A stretch of 64,000 nt of DNA from Mobula hypostoma (Eukaryota), in the NCBI RefSeq assembly GCF_963921235.1, contig NC_086108.1, positions 16,492,001 to 16,556,000 of the forward strand. Direction: 5' to 3'. The translations under genes were made by a program, and so were the position numbers. Below are positions 31,631 to 44,105 of this stretch, one piece after another; the first letter of the stretch is position 1, and each line of letters opens with the position of its first letter. The notes under the pieces were generated by a model, which saw only the letters and a list, made by a program, of their open reading frames with translations, did not search any database and was not told where the DNA came from.

Positions 31631-32676
31631 AAATACAAAAGCCTGAAAAGATGTACCACCAGGCTCAAAGACAGCTCCTACTACACTGTTATAAGAGTAT
31701 TAAATGGTTCCCTAGTGCAATAAGATAGACTCTTGACTCACAATTTACTTTGTTATGATCTTGCACTTTATTTTTTACCAGCACTGCACTTTCTCTGAAA
31801 CTGTTATATTTTATTCTCTATTGTTATTTTTTACCTTGTTCTATCTCAATGCACTGTGTAATGAATAGATCTGAATGAACAGCATGCAAAACAAGTTTGT
31901 CATTGTATCTCAATTCCAATTCCATTACCAAGTTAATGTTCCATTTGTAGAGACTGAACCAGTCCTGGGCTGGGAACTCTACAGTGCCAATTATAAATGT
32001 GAAAAGGTAATGACGCTCTGAAATCAATTATAACTGTCTAGAGTTTGTAACCTGAGGAGATGAAACTTAAATATCAGCTGGTGATCAAGATAACTTAGAA
32101 TGAATGCTTTTAAGCGATGGTATTGATAACAGATTTCCAGATGGTGATCATGTGTCCAGGAATGAGGTTTTATAGTTGTAAGTTACATTAGCAAATGTGA
32201 TTGAGTGGAGATTTGACAGCTGTACAAAACTATGGTGGATTTAGATAGGTAGATAGAGCAAAACTGTTCCCATTAACAGATTGGTCAAGGACACAGATGT
32301 AAAGGAACAAGATGGATGTAAGGAAAAACATTTTGTTTGCTCAAAGAATAATTTTGATGTGATCTTGCTACCTGTAAGGTGTAGACAGTTAATCAGGGAT
32401 TTCAGAAGAATATTAATTAGACACTTGAGGGAAAATAATTCTAGGGTCACGGGGAAAGACAGACAAATGGCAATGACTTGATTGTTTGGACTTGAAGGGC
32501 CAAATAGCATCCTTTGGTTCACAATAATTCTGTGAGAGTAACAAATGTCTTCAGATTAGTGCTTGCTGAAGATATTCTCAGTTGCATTTAGTAGCACAAA
32601 CCATCAAGCACCATGATATAAACTGTCTACAATTTCCATCACTCAGTTTGATTGTTTATTAATCTGATCTCAATAG

Positions 32677-32774
32677 AAATACTCTGGCTAACAGCTGTGG
32701 CACCGGAATCCGTTCCTCCCTCTGTGATCCTAGTCGGAAGCCACTTGATAGCCGGATCCTCAATGCTATTAAAG
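32677..32774 (+). CDS. NACC1: NACC1-like coding exon 4 (BEN domain)
   Basis: caatag| acceptor, G|GTAAGC donor, 98 nt, phase 2-1. Encodes [32 protein letters not shown]. Confidence 0.93.
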
Positions 32775-33099
32775 GTAAGCCTGTGTGAGGAAGTGACAGT
32801 GGTATTCTGGGAAGCTGGCCATGTCATTTTTTGATGTTAGTAAATAAAGCAAGTAGGGAATACATTTAAAAGTGTGAACTGAGAACAGCTTAAAAAGTAT
32901 GGAGGATGTGGGTGTGGGACAGCCAAAGACGCAGCCAGTGATTGTCCAAAAAGGAATTTGGTTTTGGTAGATGAAGGATTTGAGGAGATGACAGAGTCTG
33001 GACTATGGATGTGAGGATGATGGGTTTACATTGAGGGAGAGAGTAGTGTAGAGACAAAGTGTGATGGAGGCATGATGGCGGCAGTAGCTTGCCCCAAGA

Positions 33100-36000
33100 A
33101 GCAGAAATAACTAAACCAGCCTGCTGTGGTTGGTAAGTTGTTGAAGTCAATTTTTAAGGATATACTTTTGGGTACTTAGAGGCACGTGATAAAATAGGTC
33201 AAAGTCAGCATGGTTTCCTTAAGGGAAAATCTTGCCTGACAAATCTGTTAGAATTCTTTGAGGAAATAACAAGCAGGATAGACAAAGGAAGATCAGTGGA
33301 TGTTTTGAACTTGGATTTTCAGAAGGCTTTTGACAAAGTTTCACACATGAGACTGCTTAACAAGATGTGCCCATAGTGTTACAGGAAAGACATGACCATG
33401 AATAGAGCATTGGCTGATTGGCAGGAGTGAATAAAATGGGAATAAAGTGAAGCTTCACACAAAAGCCTTCAGCAGGCCAGGCAACATCTATGGAAAAAAG
33501 TACAGTTGACTCCAGCATTTTGTGTGTGCTGCTCAGATTTCTAGCATCTGCAGACTTTCTCTTGTTTGTGATAAGGGAGCCTTTTCTGATTGGCTACTGG
33601 TGAACTAGTGGTGTTCAGCAGGGGTCAGTGTTGGGACTGTTTCTTTTTATGTTGTATGTCAATGATTTGGATGATGGAATTGATGGCTTTGTAGCCAAGT
33701 TTGTGAATGATACGAAGATAAATGGAGGGGCAGGTAGTGTTGGGAAAGAGCAGGGAGGCTACAGAAGGATTTGGACAGATTAAGAAAATGGGCAAAGAAG
33801 TGGCAAATAGATTGTAGTGTTGGGAAGTATATGGTCTTGCTCTTTAAGAGACCCAATGCTAATTCCTCCTTTACATTGAAATTCTCTATCATATCAGTAT
33901 ACTCAGCACTGATTTCCCTATCCACTCCTTCTTGGTAAATACTGATGTAAAGTACTCATCAAGGACCTCACTCACATCCTCTGCATCTATGCAAATGGTG
34001 TTCCCTTTATCCTTGAGTGGTCTTACCTTCTCCCTAGTTATCCTCTTGCTCTTGATATATGTATCGAATGTCTGGAGATTTTTTTAATCCTATTTGTCAA
34101 GGACTTTTCACGGTCCCTCTTGGCTTTCTGAATTCCCTTAAGTTCTTTTCTGGTCTCTTTATAATCCTCTTTGATTCTAGCATCCTAAGCTTTACTTACT
34201 TTTCCTTTCTCTTCTTGACTAAACTCATCAGCTCTGTCAACATTCTAGGTTCTCCTACCTTGCTATCCTTGTCCTTCTTACTGGAACATATCTGTCCTGT
34301 ACTCTGTGCAGTTGGTCTTTAAACACCATCCACATGTCAAATGGTGACTTGCCCAAAAACAACTGTTCCCAGTGAACTCTCCATAGTTCCTGCCGAATGC
34401 TCTTGTAACTCGCCCTGCTTCAATTTAATACTCTCCCATAAGTCCATACTTATCCTTTCCTATAGTTGTCTTAAAACTTAAGGAGTTGTAGTCACTGTTC
34501 CCTGTTTACCCACGGAAAGGTCGGTCACTTAGCTAGGCTCATTACCCAACACCAGATTTAATAAAGGTCTAGTCCTGTTGTTGGACTGTCTACATAATTG
34601 ATGTGACAAACCATCCTGAATGCACCTAACAAATTCTGCCCCATCTAAGCCACTTGCTCTCAGAAGCTTCCAGTTTATATTCGGGAAGTTGAAGTCCCCC
34701 TTGACAACAGCCCTATTGTTTGCCTGCATATTTGTTCCTCAATGTCCCCATGACTATTGGGGGACCTGTAGTACAATTCCATCAGAGTAATTGCACCCTT
34801 TCTATTTTTGTGTTCTATCCATATATACTCAGTGGATGAGCCCTCCATTACATCCAGTCTGAGTGTGGCAGTCCCTGATTAGTAATGGAACTCCCACCTC
34901 TTTTACCACCCTCTCTATCTTTTCTAAATCATCAAAACCCTGGGATATTAAGCACCAATTCTTGTTCCCCTCTCAACCAAGTCTCTGTAATGGCCACAAT
35001 ATCATAGTACCATGTACTGATCCGTGCTCCAAGTTCCTTTACCCAAAATACCTAATATTACCTAATATTAAAATACACACATTTCAAACTGTCTGTCTTA
35101 TCACATCAGTGACTTTGTTCCTGCCTGTTTTGACTAGCCCTGGGATCTACCTTCCTCCACTTTCTGACCCCGTGCTCTAGTTCCTATTCCTCTGCCAAAC
35201 TAGTTTCTCCCACCCCACCCCCACCCCGAGTAGCACTAGTGAACCCCACGGCTAGAATATTAGTTCCCCTCCAGTTTAGGTGCAACCTATCCCTCTTGTA
35301 CAGGTCACCACTGCCCCAGAAAAGCTTCTAATTATCCAAGCGCCTGAAACTCGGCCCCATGCATCAGTTCCTCAGCCATTCATTCATCTGTACCATCATC
35401 CTATTCCTGCCCTGACCAGCACATGGTTCTGGGAATAATCCAGAGATTATTATCTCTTCAACCTCTCCTGACTCCCTATACTCACGGTGTTGGACTTCTT
35501 CCCCTTTTCTACCTATGTCATTGGTACCAATGTGTACTATAACTCTGGCTGCTCACCCTCCCTCTTGACAATCTTCTGCAGCAGCTCTGAAACATCCTGG
35601 ATCCTAATACTTGGGAGCTAACACACAATTCTGATGTTTCTTTTTCGGCCACAGAACCTCATGTCCGTCCCCCTAACTATTGAGTCTCCTATCACTGTCG
35701 CTCAGCCTACTTTTACCCTTACCCGCTGAGCCTCAGAGTCGGCCACATTGCCACTGTCCTGTTACTGCTGTAACCTGATGAGTCACCTCCCCGAGCAGCA
35801 TACTTGTTGCTGAGGGGAATTGCCACAGAGGAACCATGCACTAAATGCTTACGCCCCTTACTTCTACTGATGGTCACACATCTATTATCTGAAGCCTGCA
35901 CTCTGGGTGTGACCACCTCAGTAAAAGTTTCATCTATGAGGTGAAGTTTTAAGCCTCCCAGGTGGTCCTGAGTACATCCAACTCCAGTTCCTTGAACTTG

Positions 36001-36120
36001 TCAGTCAGGATCTGAAGGTGGATGCACTTTCTGGAGATGTTGTCATTACGGAAACCATTAGGTACCCTGCAATTCCACATCCTACAGGAGCAGCATTCCA
36101 CTACTTTAACTACCAGCTGT
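33100..36120. mobile_element. Two decayed CR1 fragments (+ 33100-33840; - 33840-36120 including ORF1 remnants)
   Basis: RT motifs on +. On -, GDFNFPNINW endonuclease motif and ORF1 Cys-rich/esterase-like remnants. Confidence 0.7.
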
Positions 36121-36764
36121 CTCTTGTGTCTTTTTTACTTCAATGGTGTGTTGGAAGTCTAGGACAAAGAGACAAAACTTTAAAACTAGAAGATCAATTA
36201 TTTGAATAACAAAATTGTTCTGAAGGGTTGGCTGGTCTAGGTCAGCCCTTTATTCTTCAGTGGAATACTAGTGGGCTGAAGACTCTTGATGGTGGGTTGA
36301 TATATACGATATGGAATCAATCTTTATAAAAAGGAAAACGAGAACATCAGTATTATTCCACACTGTGACCTAGACGGTCCTGATGGTAGAAAGTTAATAT
36401 GGAGACAGTTGGGGATAGAATTAAAAATATAATGCAACTTAGAACTTATTGTCTCTCAAGAGATTGTTTTACTGAGTAGTGCCACACTGTCAGAGATGTT
36501 GTCTTTCAGACACTGTGTTCTGCTGAGCTCTGTTTACCCTCTTAAAATGGCAAGGTGAATAGTTAAAAGAACTGGATGTAATCCTGAGAAAAATTTACTC
36601 ATTTTCCAGTTTTATTAAAAAAAAACAATCGCCTGGTCGTTATAACATTGCTGCCTGTGGAATGGTGCATTACAGCTTCTACCGCCTTCAGAGAAACATT
36701 TCACTGATGGTCTGTTATGAAAGGTATGATAAATAAGTGTTATTGTTTCCCTTCTCTCTTGCAG

Positions 36765-37108
36765 TTTACTGTCAGAATTTTGCTCCAAACTTCAAGGAGA
36801 GTGAGATGAACGCCATTGCCGCAGATATGTGTACCAATGCCCGAAGGGTGGTCCGCAAGCACTGGATCCCCAAGCTGAAGCTGATGCTCGCAGAGGGAGA
36901 TGGAGTCTATCGCTCAGTCATCACTGACGTGGCTGGTGGGGGCTTGCCAGATGGAGCATCTGGAAGCCAAGAAATGGAGCTGTCAGGCACTGGGCACAGG
37001 CATGAAGCTGGTGGAATGAGAGCCAATGGCTCTGGCCACAGATATGAGACGGGTTTTCCGGATGGTTTAGATGACTCTGGGAGTGGGATTGTAGAGGCTC
37101 CAAACTAA
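36765..37108 (+). CDS. NACC1: NACC1-like last coding exon (BEN end and C-terminal tail)
   Basis: cttctctcttgcag| acceptor. Encodes [39 protein letters not shown]...EAPN-stop. The spliced total of 1506 nt is a multiple of 3. Confidence 0.93.
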
Positions 37109-39650
37109 AATATTCCAATTGTCATCTTCCTTCCCCCAAGAGAAACCCATGGTGTAGGACATAGGGAGTCTCATGTTGTAGAGTTCCATGTCTGGTCTCT
37201 TTATTTGATGCGTGTTAGTGGTGATGGACTGAGAACTGGAGATTCAGTCTGTGCAGTGTCAGTGAAGGAGACCATCACACCATTAACCCATTCACTGCTG
37301 GACATTCATGTACTGGTTTGGATATAACTGCCTAGAAATTGGGTATCACCTTTTTATGGTGTGATTAAAAAAAGACCAGTGTTGTGTTTCCCTGCAAAGC
37401 ACCATGAGAGTATTCAGCATTGTTTGTAACCGTCTAGGGTGATTTACACCAGTAGACAGGGCTAAAACAGGACCTGTATTGTTTGCAAATGGACTGAGTT
37501 CTGTGAGTATCTGAAAATTTAATGATTATGAATCGGAGAAAGGCAGCAGCTCTTAAAAGCACAGTCCCCTTGGCAGCTGGACACTGACTGCTGTGAAGAC
37601 AGAGGCTGCAGGGGAGGCCGCCCTACAGTTTGTGGAAGAGAGCTGAATGTTGTCATCAGCGCTGGGAGGGAGGCCCTGGTGCTGGGTGGGGTGGAGCAAG
37701 GAGTCCTCAGCCAAGATCACCAGAGGCAGGAGGTGGCTCCCACCGTCCTGGCTGTGAGAATTCCCACTCAGTTGGAAAAAACACAAGTAAGGTTAACGAC
37801 CTCATGAGAACCCCCAGGGTGAGCTGCCTGCCTTTTGTAGCACCGTCATTCATTGATTTAGATATCAGTGCAGGTGCTTTGGAGAAGAAGCAGGTGAGGG
37901 TTTATTGTGTCAGCTGAGCTGCCCAGGCCAATGACTGGTGAACTGTATTGGTGTTAAGGATTGGAGTGTCTGCATTTTATCCGAAGTGGGGTCTGATTCT
38001 GTAGGCTCTTCTTGAAAGCCTCTTTTCTTTATTGCCCATGTATTCACAGACCCACGGTGTTGTCTACTGGGAGCTAAGGGTGGCAGTATTCCACAAGTCT
38101 TTCCCTGGTAGCCTTTCTTGTCCTGGCTGTTCCTGTGCCTCATGGCCCCTGGGCTGTGGTCTCCATGTTACTCTTCCTCCACACCATGACACCTTCAGAC
38201 TGTTAGGCTGTGGAGGGTGTGGCAAACAGCCCTGAAGTATCTGCAGCTGCAAGGTTCCCCTACAAACGTGGGCATTGGAATATCATTTTCAGAATACCTG
38301 CCATTTTCCACAATGATCCTGGTATTTGTATGAATTTTGTTATAGTAGAATAGGGCAGCAGTCGAGGGGCTGTGTTTCTATGTGAGTAGACAGGCAAGTA
38401 GAGAGGGTAGTTCTGATCTTCAGACAATGGCCGGAGGGTTGGATTCTGAATGAAGACCACCATCAGTGCTTCCCAGAAAGAAGGCATTGGCCACCAGGAC
38501 ACACCCACAATGGGCTGCTCCCACTTGTGTTTATACTGAACACCTTTGCCTGAGATTCCATCTTCTCAGTAGTGTCTGGCTGATTTCTCCACAGCAGTGA
38601 TCAGCAGCTGATGGAGAAATGTGGCTGTTTTTTTTTCTGAGAGTAAGTTCAGAATTAGCTTTATCATGCGGAGTGTGGTGTATCCCAGTGACGATCCTTG
38701 GAAAACCTGAGCCTGTGAATTGCACTGCCCTTCACAGAGGTCCAGGCAGCAGGTAGCTTCATTGGCTCTTTGCTAATGGGGATAACTCCTGCCCCAAAAC
38801 CTCTAGCATTGGCTCACCACCGAGATCCCCACAGGGTGAGGACATCAGTAGATCCATGCTGCAGAAAGCATTCATCATTACAGTATGCACGAGGGGCTAG
38901 GAGGTGTTTGAGTAGCCTGCAGCCTTTTGAAACTTCCAGCCAGGGCACCTGATGTCAAGGAGTGTCCCTTTAAATAGGAGAGCAGCAGACCAGTGTGCTC
39001 TGAATTGTGTTGACACTAATGGGCATATTTAAAAAAAAACAGAAGTTGCGCTCTGTAGCTCCGGTTATTTATGTAAGAATAGAAATATTTTCTTGAATAG
39101 TGGCTTTTTAAAGTTTAATATTACTACAATCAAATCTGGAGTAAATCACACAGGGTGCTAATTAACCAATTTCTAGGCACGTGTGTATGGGAAAATTGCC
39201 CCAAATGTAGATAAAGAAAAAGAATAACTTGCATTTTTATTAATCTTTCATTTCCTACAGATCTTCCAAAGCAGTACGATTAAAATGTGGTCACTGGTAT
39301 GGATAGGGGCAAAGGTTATACCAACATGTCTGACAGAATCTGAGTGAGAAATAGGGGTTTAAAAAAAACATAAAAATCTTCCCAAAAAATTTTCTTTAAA
39401 CAGCGTCATGGGATCTTTTACAACCATTCGAGGTGACAGATGGGAGCAGAGTAATGATGTAGCACTTCTTCACTACAGGACTGTAAGCCAGGTGTACAGG
39501 TCTTGGATTATGATTCAAGCAAGAATGTTATCCAAGGTGCAGACAAGACTATGGACGCAGTTCTGTTTTAAAAATTTCTACAGAGCCCAGAAGTAGGCCC
39601 TATATTCCACAACATTTGTGCTAACCGTCCAGAATTCAGTTAGACTACTG
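37109..39650 (+). other. Probable 3' UTR of the NACC1-like gene
   Basis: About 2.5 kb with no repeat I recognise, directly after the stop codon in a TE-saturated window. ATTAAA variants near 37364 and 39279. The true 3' end cannot be determined. Confidence 0.5.
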
Positions 39651-39659
39651 TTATGTAAG

Positions 39660-41870
39660 ACCATAAACTCATAAGACACTGAAACAGAATTGGGCCACTT
39701 GGCCCATTGAGTCTGCTCCCCCATTCCAATATGGCTGATTTATTATCCCTCTCAACTCCATTCTTCTGCCTTGTCCCCATAACCTTTGATGCCTTGACTA
39801 ATCATGAACCTATCAAACTCTGTTTCAATGACTTGGCCTCAGCCTCCATCTGTTGGAATGAATTCCTCAGATTCAGGCTAAAGAAAGTCCTTATTTCTGT
39901 TCTAAATTAATGTCCTCTATTCTGAACCTGTGCACTTTGGTCCTAGACTCCCCGCACATAATCTCCACATTCACTCTATACTGGCCTTTAAATATTTGAT
40001 AGGTTTCAATGAGATCCTTCCCCTTACCCCTCCCCCCCGAACTCCAGCAAGTACAGACCCAGAACCATCAAACATTCCTTGTGTGTTCGTTCATTCGTTT
40101 TGTGCATTGTCGTATTACGTGGGCAATCCTGGTCTTTCCATGGCTATGATTTTTCTTGGCTAATGTTTCTACAGAAGTGGTTTGCTATTGCCTTCTTTTG
40201 GGAAGTTTTTACAAGAATTGTGATGCCAGCCATTATCAATACTCTTCAGAGATTGTCTGCCTGACGTCCGTGGTTGTATCACCAAGACTTGTGATATGCA
40301 CCAGCTGGTCATACGTCCATCCACCACCTGCTCTCATGCTTTCACGTGACCTTGCTTGGTGGCTAAGCAGGTGCTACAATTTGCCCAAGGGTGACCTGTA
40401 GGCTAACGAAGGGAAGGAGCATCTTACACCTCCTTTGGTAGAGACATATCTCCACCCTGCCACCTCCTCATACATTAACTATTTCATTCCCAGAATCATT
40501 CTTGTGAACCACCTCATTCTCCGGACCCTTTCCAATGGCAGCATGTATTTTCTTAGATAAAGGACACAAAAATGCTTACAATATTCCAAGTGCAGTCTGA
40601 CCAATGCCTTATAAAGCCTCAGCATTACATCCTTGCTTTTATATTCTAGTCCTCTCAAAATGAATGTCAACATTGCATTTGCCTTCTTTCCCACTAACTC
40701 AACCTGCAAGTTAACCTTAGAGAATCCTGCAAAAAACACTTCCTTTATACCTCAGATTTTTGAATTTTCTCCTCATTTAGAAAATAGTATACACTTTTAC
40801 TCCTACCAAAGTGCATGATCATACACTTCACTATATTCCATCTGCCACTTCTTTGCCCATTCTCCTAATCTTTGTCATCCTTCTGCAGGCTCCCTGCTTC
40901 AACGCCTCATGCTCCCCTATCTTTTTATTGTCTGCAAATTTGGTCACAAAGTCATCAGTTCCTTCACATATAATGTGAAAAGAAATGGTCCCAACACTGA
41001 CCCTTGTGGAACACCACTAGTCACCAGCATTCAACCAGAAAAGGCTCCCTTTATTCCCACACTTTGCCTCCTGCCAGTCATCCAATTTTCTCTCCATGCT
41101 AGTATCTTTCCTGTAATACCATGTGCTCCTATTAGCAGCTTCATATGTGCACTTATCAAAAGCTTTTGGAAAATCCAAGTAAACAACATCCACTGATGGT
41201 CCTTTGCCTGTTATTTCCTCAAAAAATTCCAATAAATTTGTCAGGCAAGATTTCCCCTTAAGAAAACCATGCTGACTTTGGTGTGCCTCCCAGTACCCTG
41301 AAACCTCATCCTTGATAATGGATTCCAATATTTTCCCAACCACTGTAATCAGGCTAACTTGCCATAATTTCCTTTTTTTCTGCACCCTTTCTTCTTAAAG
41401 AGTGCAATTTTCCAGTCCTCTGGAACTATTCCCGAATCTAGTGATTGTTGAAAGATCACTACTAATGCCTTCACAATCTCTTCAGCTACCTCTTTCAAAA
41501 CACTGGGATGTAGACCATCTGGGCCAGGTGAGCTTCAGACCTTTCAGTTTCCCAAGCACCTTCTCCTCAGTAATAGCAACGACCCTCACTTCAGCCCCCT
41601 AACACTCTCAAATTTCTGGCATACTGCTAATGTCTTTCACAGTGAAGACTGACGCAAAATACTTACTGAGTTCATCCAGTCATTTGACCCCATTACTACT
41701 TCTTCAGTATCAGTTTCTAGTGGTCTGATATTCATTCTTGTCTCTCTTTTGCTCCTTATATATCTGAAAAAGTGTTTTGTATCTTCTTTTATATTGTTGA
41801 CTGGCCTTCATATTTCATCTTTTTTCTCCTGATAACTTTAAGTTGCTTTCTGTTTTGGTTGTATGGTCTT
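39660..41870 (-). mobile_element. Decayed CR1 LINE with an RTE-related SINE inserted at about 40080-40464
   Basis: [16 protein letters not shown] and RLHLEYC fragments. The insert carries CAGAAGTGGTTTGCTATTGCCTTCT. Confidence 0.75.
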
Positions 41871-42221
41871 ATACTAATTAGACTTTTCTTTCTGCGGCCC
41901 CATCTACACCGCAGTTCTCCTGCTACCCATCTGGGGGCATTTACAGTGGTTTATTAACCAATCAGCCAGTACATTTTTGGCTTGCGGGTTGAAACTAAAG
42001 CAACTGGGGTAACCCATGCAACCACAGGGAAAATGTGCTGATTAGTCCACACCTAGAATATGCATGCACACCAGAGGAAGGACATAGTTGTGCTGGATCA
42101 AGTACAGAGGAGTTTCACTGAGATGTTGCCTTGATTGGAAGAATTTAAGTGTTGAAGAGAATGACTAAGTTGGGCTTGTTTTCCCAGGTGTGACAGGCTG
42201 AGGGGTGACCCAATAGAAGTA

Positions 42222-44105
42222 CAGTTGCAAGAAAAAGTTTATGAACCCTTTGCCTAGTTTTCTTCATTAATTACTCATAAAATGTGGTCTGATCTTCATC
42301 TAAGTCACAATAATAGACAAACGCAATCTGCCTGAAATAAACAATTGTGCTTTTCATGTCTTTATTGAACACATTATTTAATCGTTCACAGTCGGCTGGA
42401 AAAAAATGTGAACCTTTGTATTTAATAACTGGCAGAACCTTCTTTAGCAGCAATAACTTCCACTAAATGTTTCCTGACCAGACTTGCACAATGGTGAGGA
42501 GGAATTTTAGGCCATTCCTCCATACAAAACTGTTTCAATTCATCAATATTTCTGGGATACCTTGCATGAACAGCCCTCTTCAGGTCATGCCACAGCATCT
42601 CAATTGTGTTAAGGTCTGGACTCTGACTTGGCCATTCCAAAACATAAATTTACTTCTTTTTAAACCATTCTGTTGTTGATTTACTTTTGTATTTCAGATC
42701 ATTGTCTTGTTATATCATCCAACTTCTATTAAGCCTCTGACAACCAAGTCCAACTCCTGGCCTTCTTGTGTGGTTTAGCCTCTAAGGAACTGTTTCTATT
42801 GACAGGAGAAGGGGTGAAGGTGGGTCCTAGCGCCTTAAAACCAGTGCTTCGGGTAGATGGAGCTCATCAGCCTGGGAAGGCAGTCCATCCAAGGGAGGGA
42901 AAACTCTGATTTCAAACCACCGCTGCATTGCGGCCATACCCACTCATGGGAAAGGTTTTGGGAGTAAACCCCGAGGACAAATCCGGAGCTGGAGTCCCTA
43001 AGGCAGTCTGACGTTGCCTTCAACCTCGTCTGGAAACTCCTGTGACAACACTGGTGCCAAGCTGTATCAGCCCTTGCCTTTCCCTTGGACAACATCTGTG
43101 TTATGGAGAGGGGAGACTTGCTGCATGGGCAACTGCCAGTCTTCCATATAACCTTGCCCAAGCCTGCGCCCTGGAGATCTTCCAGGCGCAGATTTGTGGT
43201 CTCACGAGACTAAGGGATGCCACCTATTAAGCTTCAGGTGACAGACCGTTACCCTGATATTCTCCTGTAAAATGCATTGATAGAACTTTAAATTCATTCT
43301 CAATGATTGCAAACTGTCCAGGTCCTGAGGCAGCAAAGCAGCTCCAAACCATGAAGGTCCTTCCATCATGCTTCACAATTGGGGTGTGGTTTTGGTGCTG
43401 GTGTACAGTGCCCTTTTACCTCCAAATATCGTTGTGTGTATTTCTGCCAAAAAGTTCAACTTTTGTCTCACCTGTCTACGGAACATTGTCCCAGAAGTGT
43501 TGTGGGACATCAAAGTGGGGTTTACAAACTTGAGATATGCACCAATGTTTTTTTTGGAGAGCAGTGGTTTCCTTTCGTGGTGTGCTTCCATGAATACCAT
43601 TCTTGTTCAGTGTTTTTCTTATAGAGGACACATGAACGAAGACCTTAGCAAGTTCTAGAAATTTCTGCAGTTCTTTTGCTATTACCCTTGGGTTCTTTTT
43701 TTACCTCCTTCAGCATTGCATGTTGCGATCTTTGGAGGATGTCCACTTCTAGGGAGAGTAGCAACAGTACTGAATTTCCTCCATTTTGTAGACAATATTT
43801 CTTGCTGTGGTCTGATGAACAGTCAGGTCTTTAGAAATGCTTTTGTTGCCTTTTCCAGCTTCATCCATCTCTACAATTATTCTAATGTTCTCTGAAATTT
43901 GTTTTGAACACATAAACAACACTTTCTTGAGAAGACCAGGTGTACTCAGTATTGACGAAGAGTAGTACAATCGTGTTATTAGTTTAAGCAGATTGTGTCT
44001 GTATATTATTGTGACTTAGATGAAGATCAGACCACATTTTATGAGTAATTAATGCAGAAGTCCAAGTAATTATAAAGAGTTCACAATTTTTTTTTCTTGC
44101 AACTG
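42222..44105 (-). mobile_element. Decayed Tc1-like transposon (second family)
   Basis: TA|CAGTTGCAAGAAAAA ... TTTTCTTGCAACTG|TA; long TIRs; [15 protein letters not shown] motif. Inserted in a CR1 3' fragment. Confidence 0.88.
42735..43223 (+). mobile_element. Non-autonomous retroelement sharing its 3' half with the SINE at 2304-2623
   Basis: TSD CTATTAAGC. 43050-43220 aligns by eye to 2430-2605, while the 5' halves are unrelated. Confidence 0.72.

Noticed and set aside
37553..38952. Short ORFs after the NACC stop as a second gene
   Set aside because: No recognisable domains or consistent exon structure; better explained as 3' UTR.
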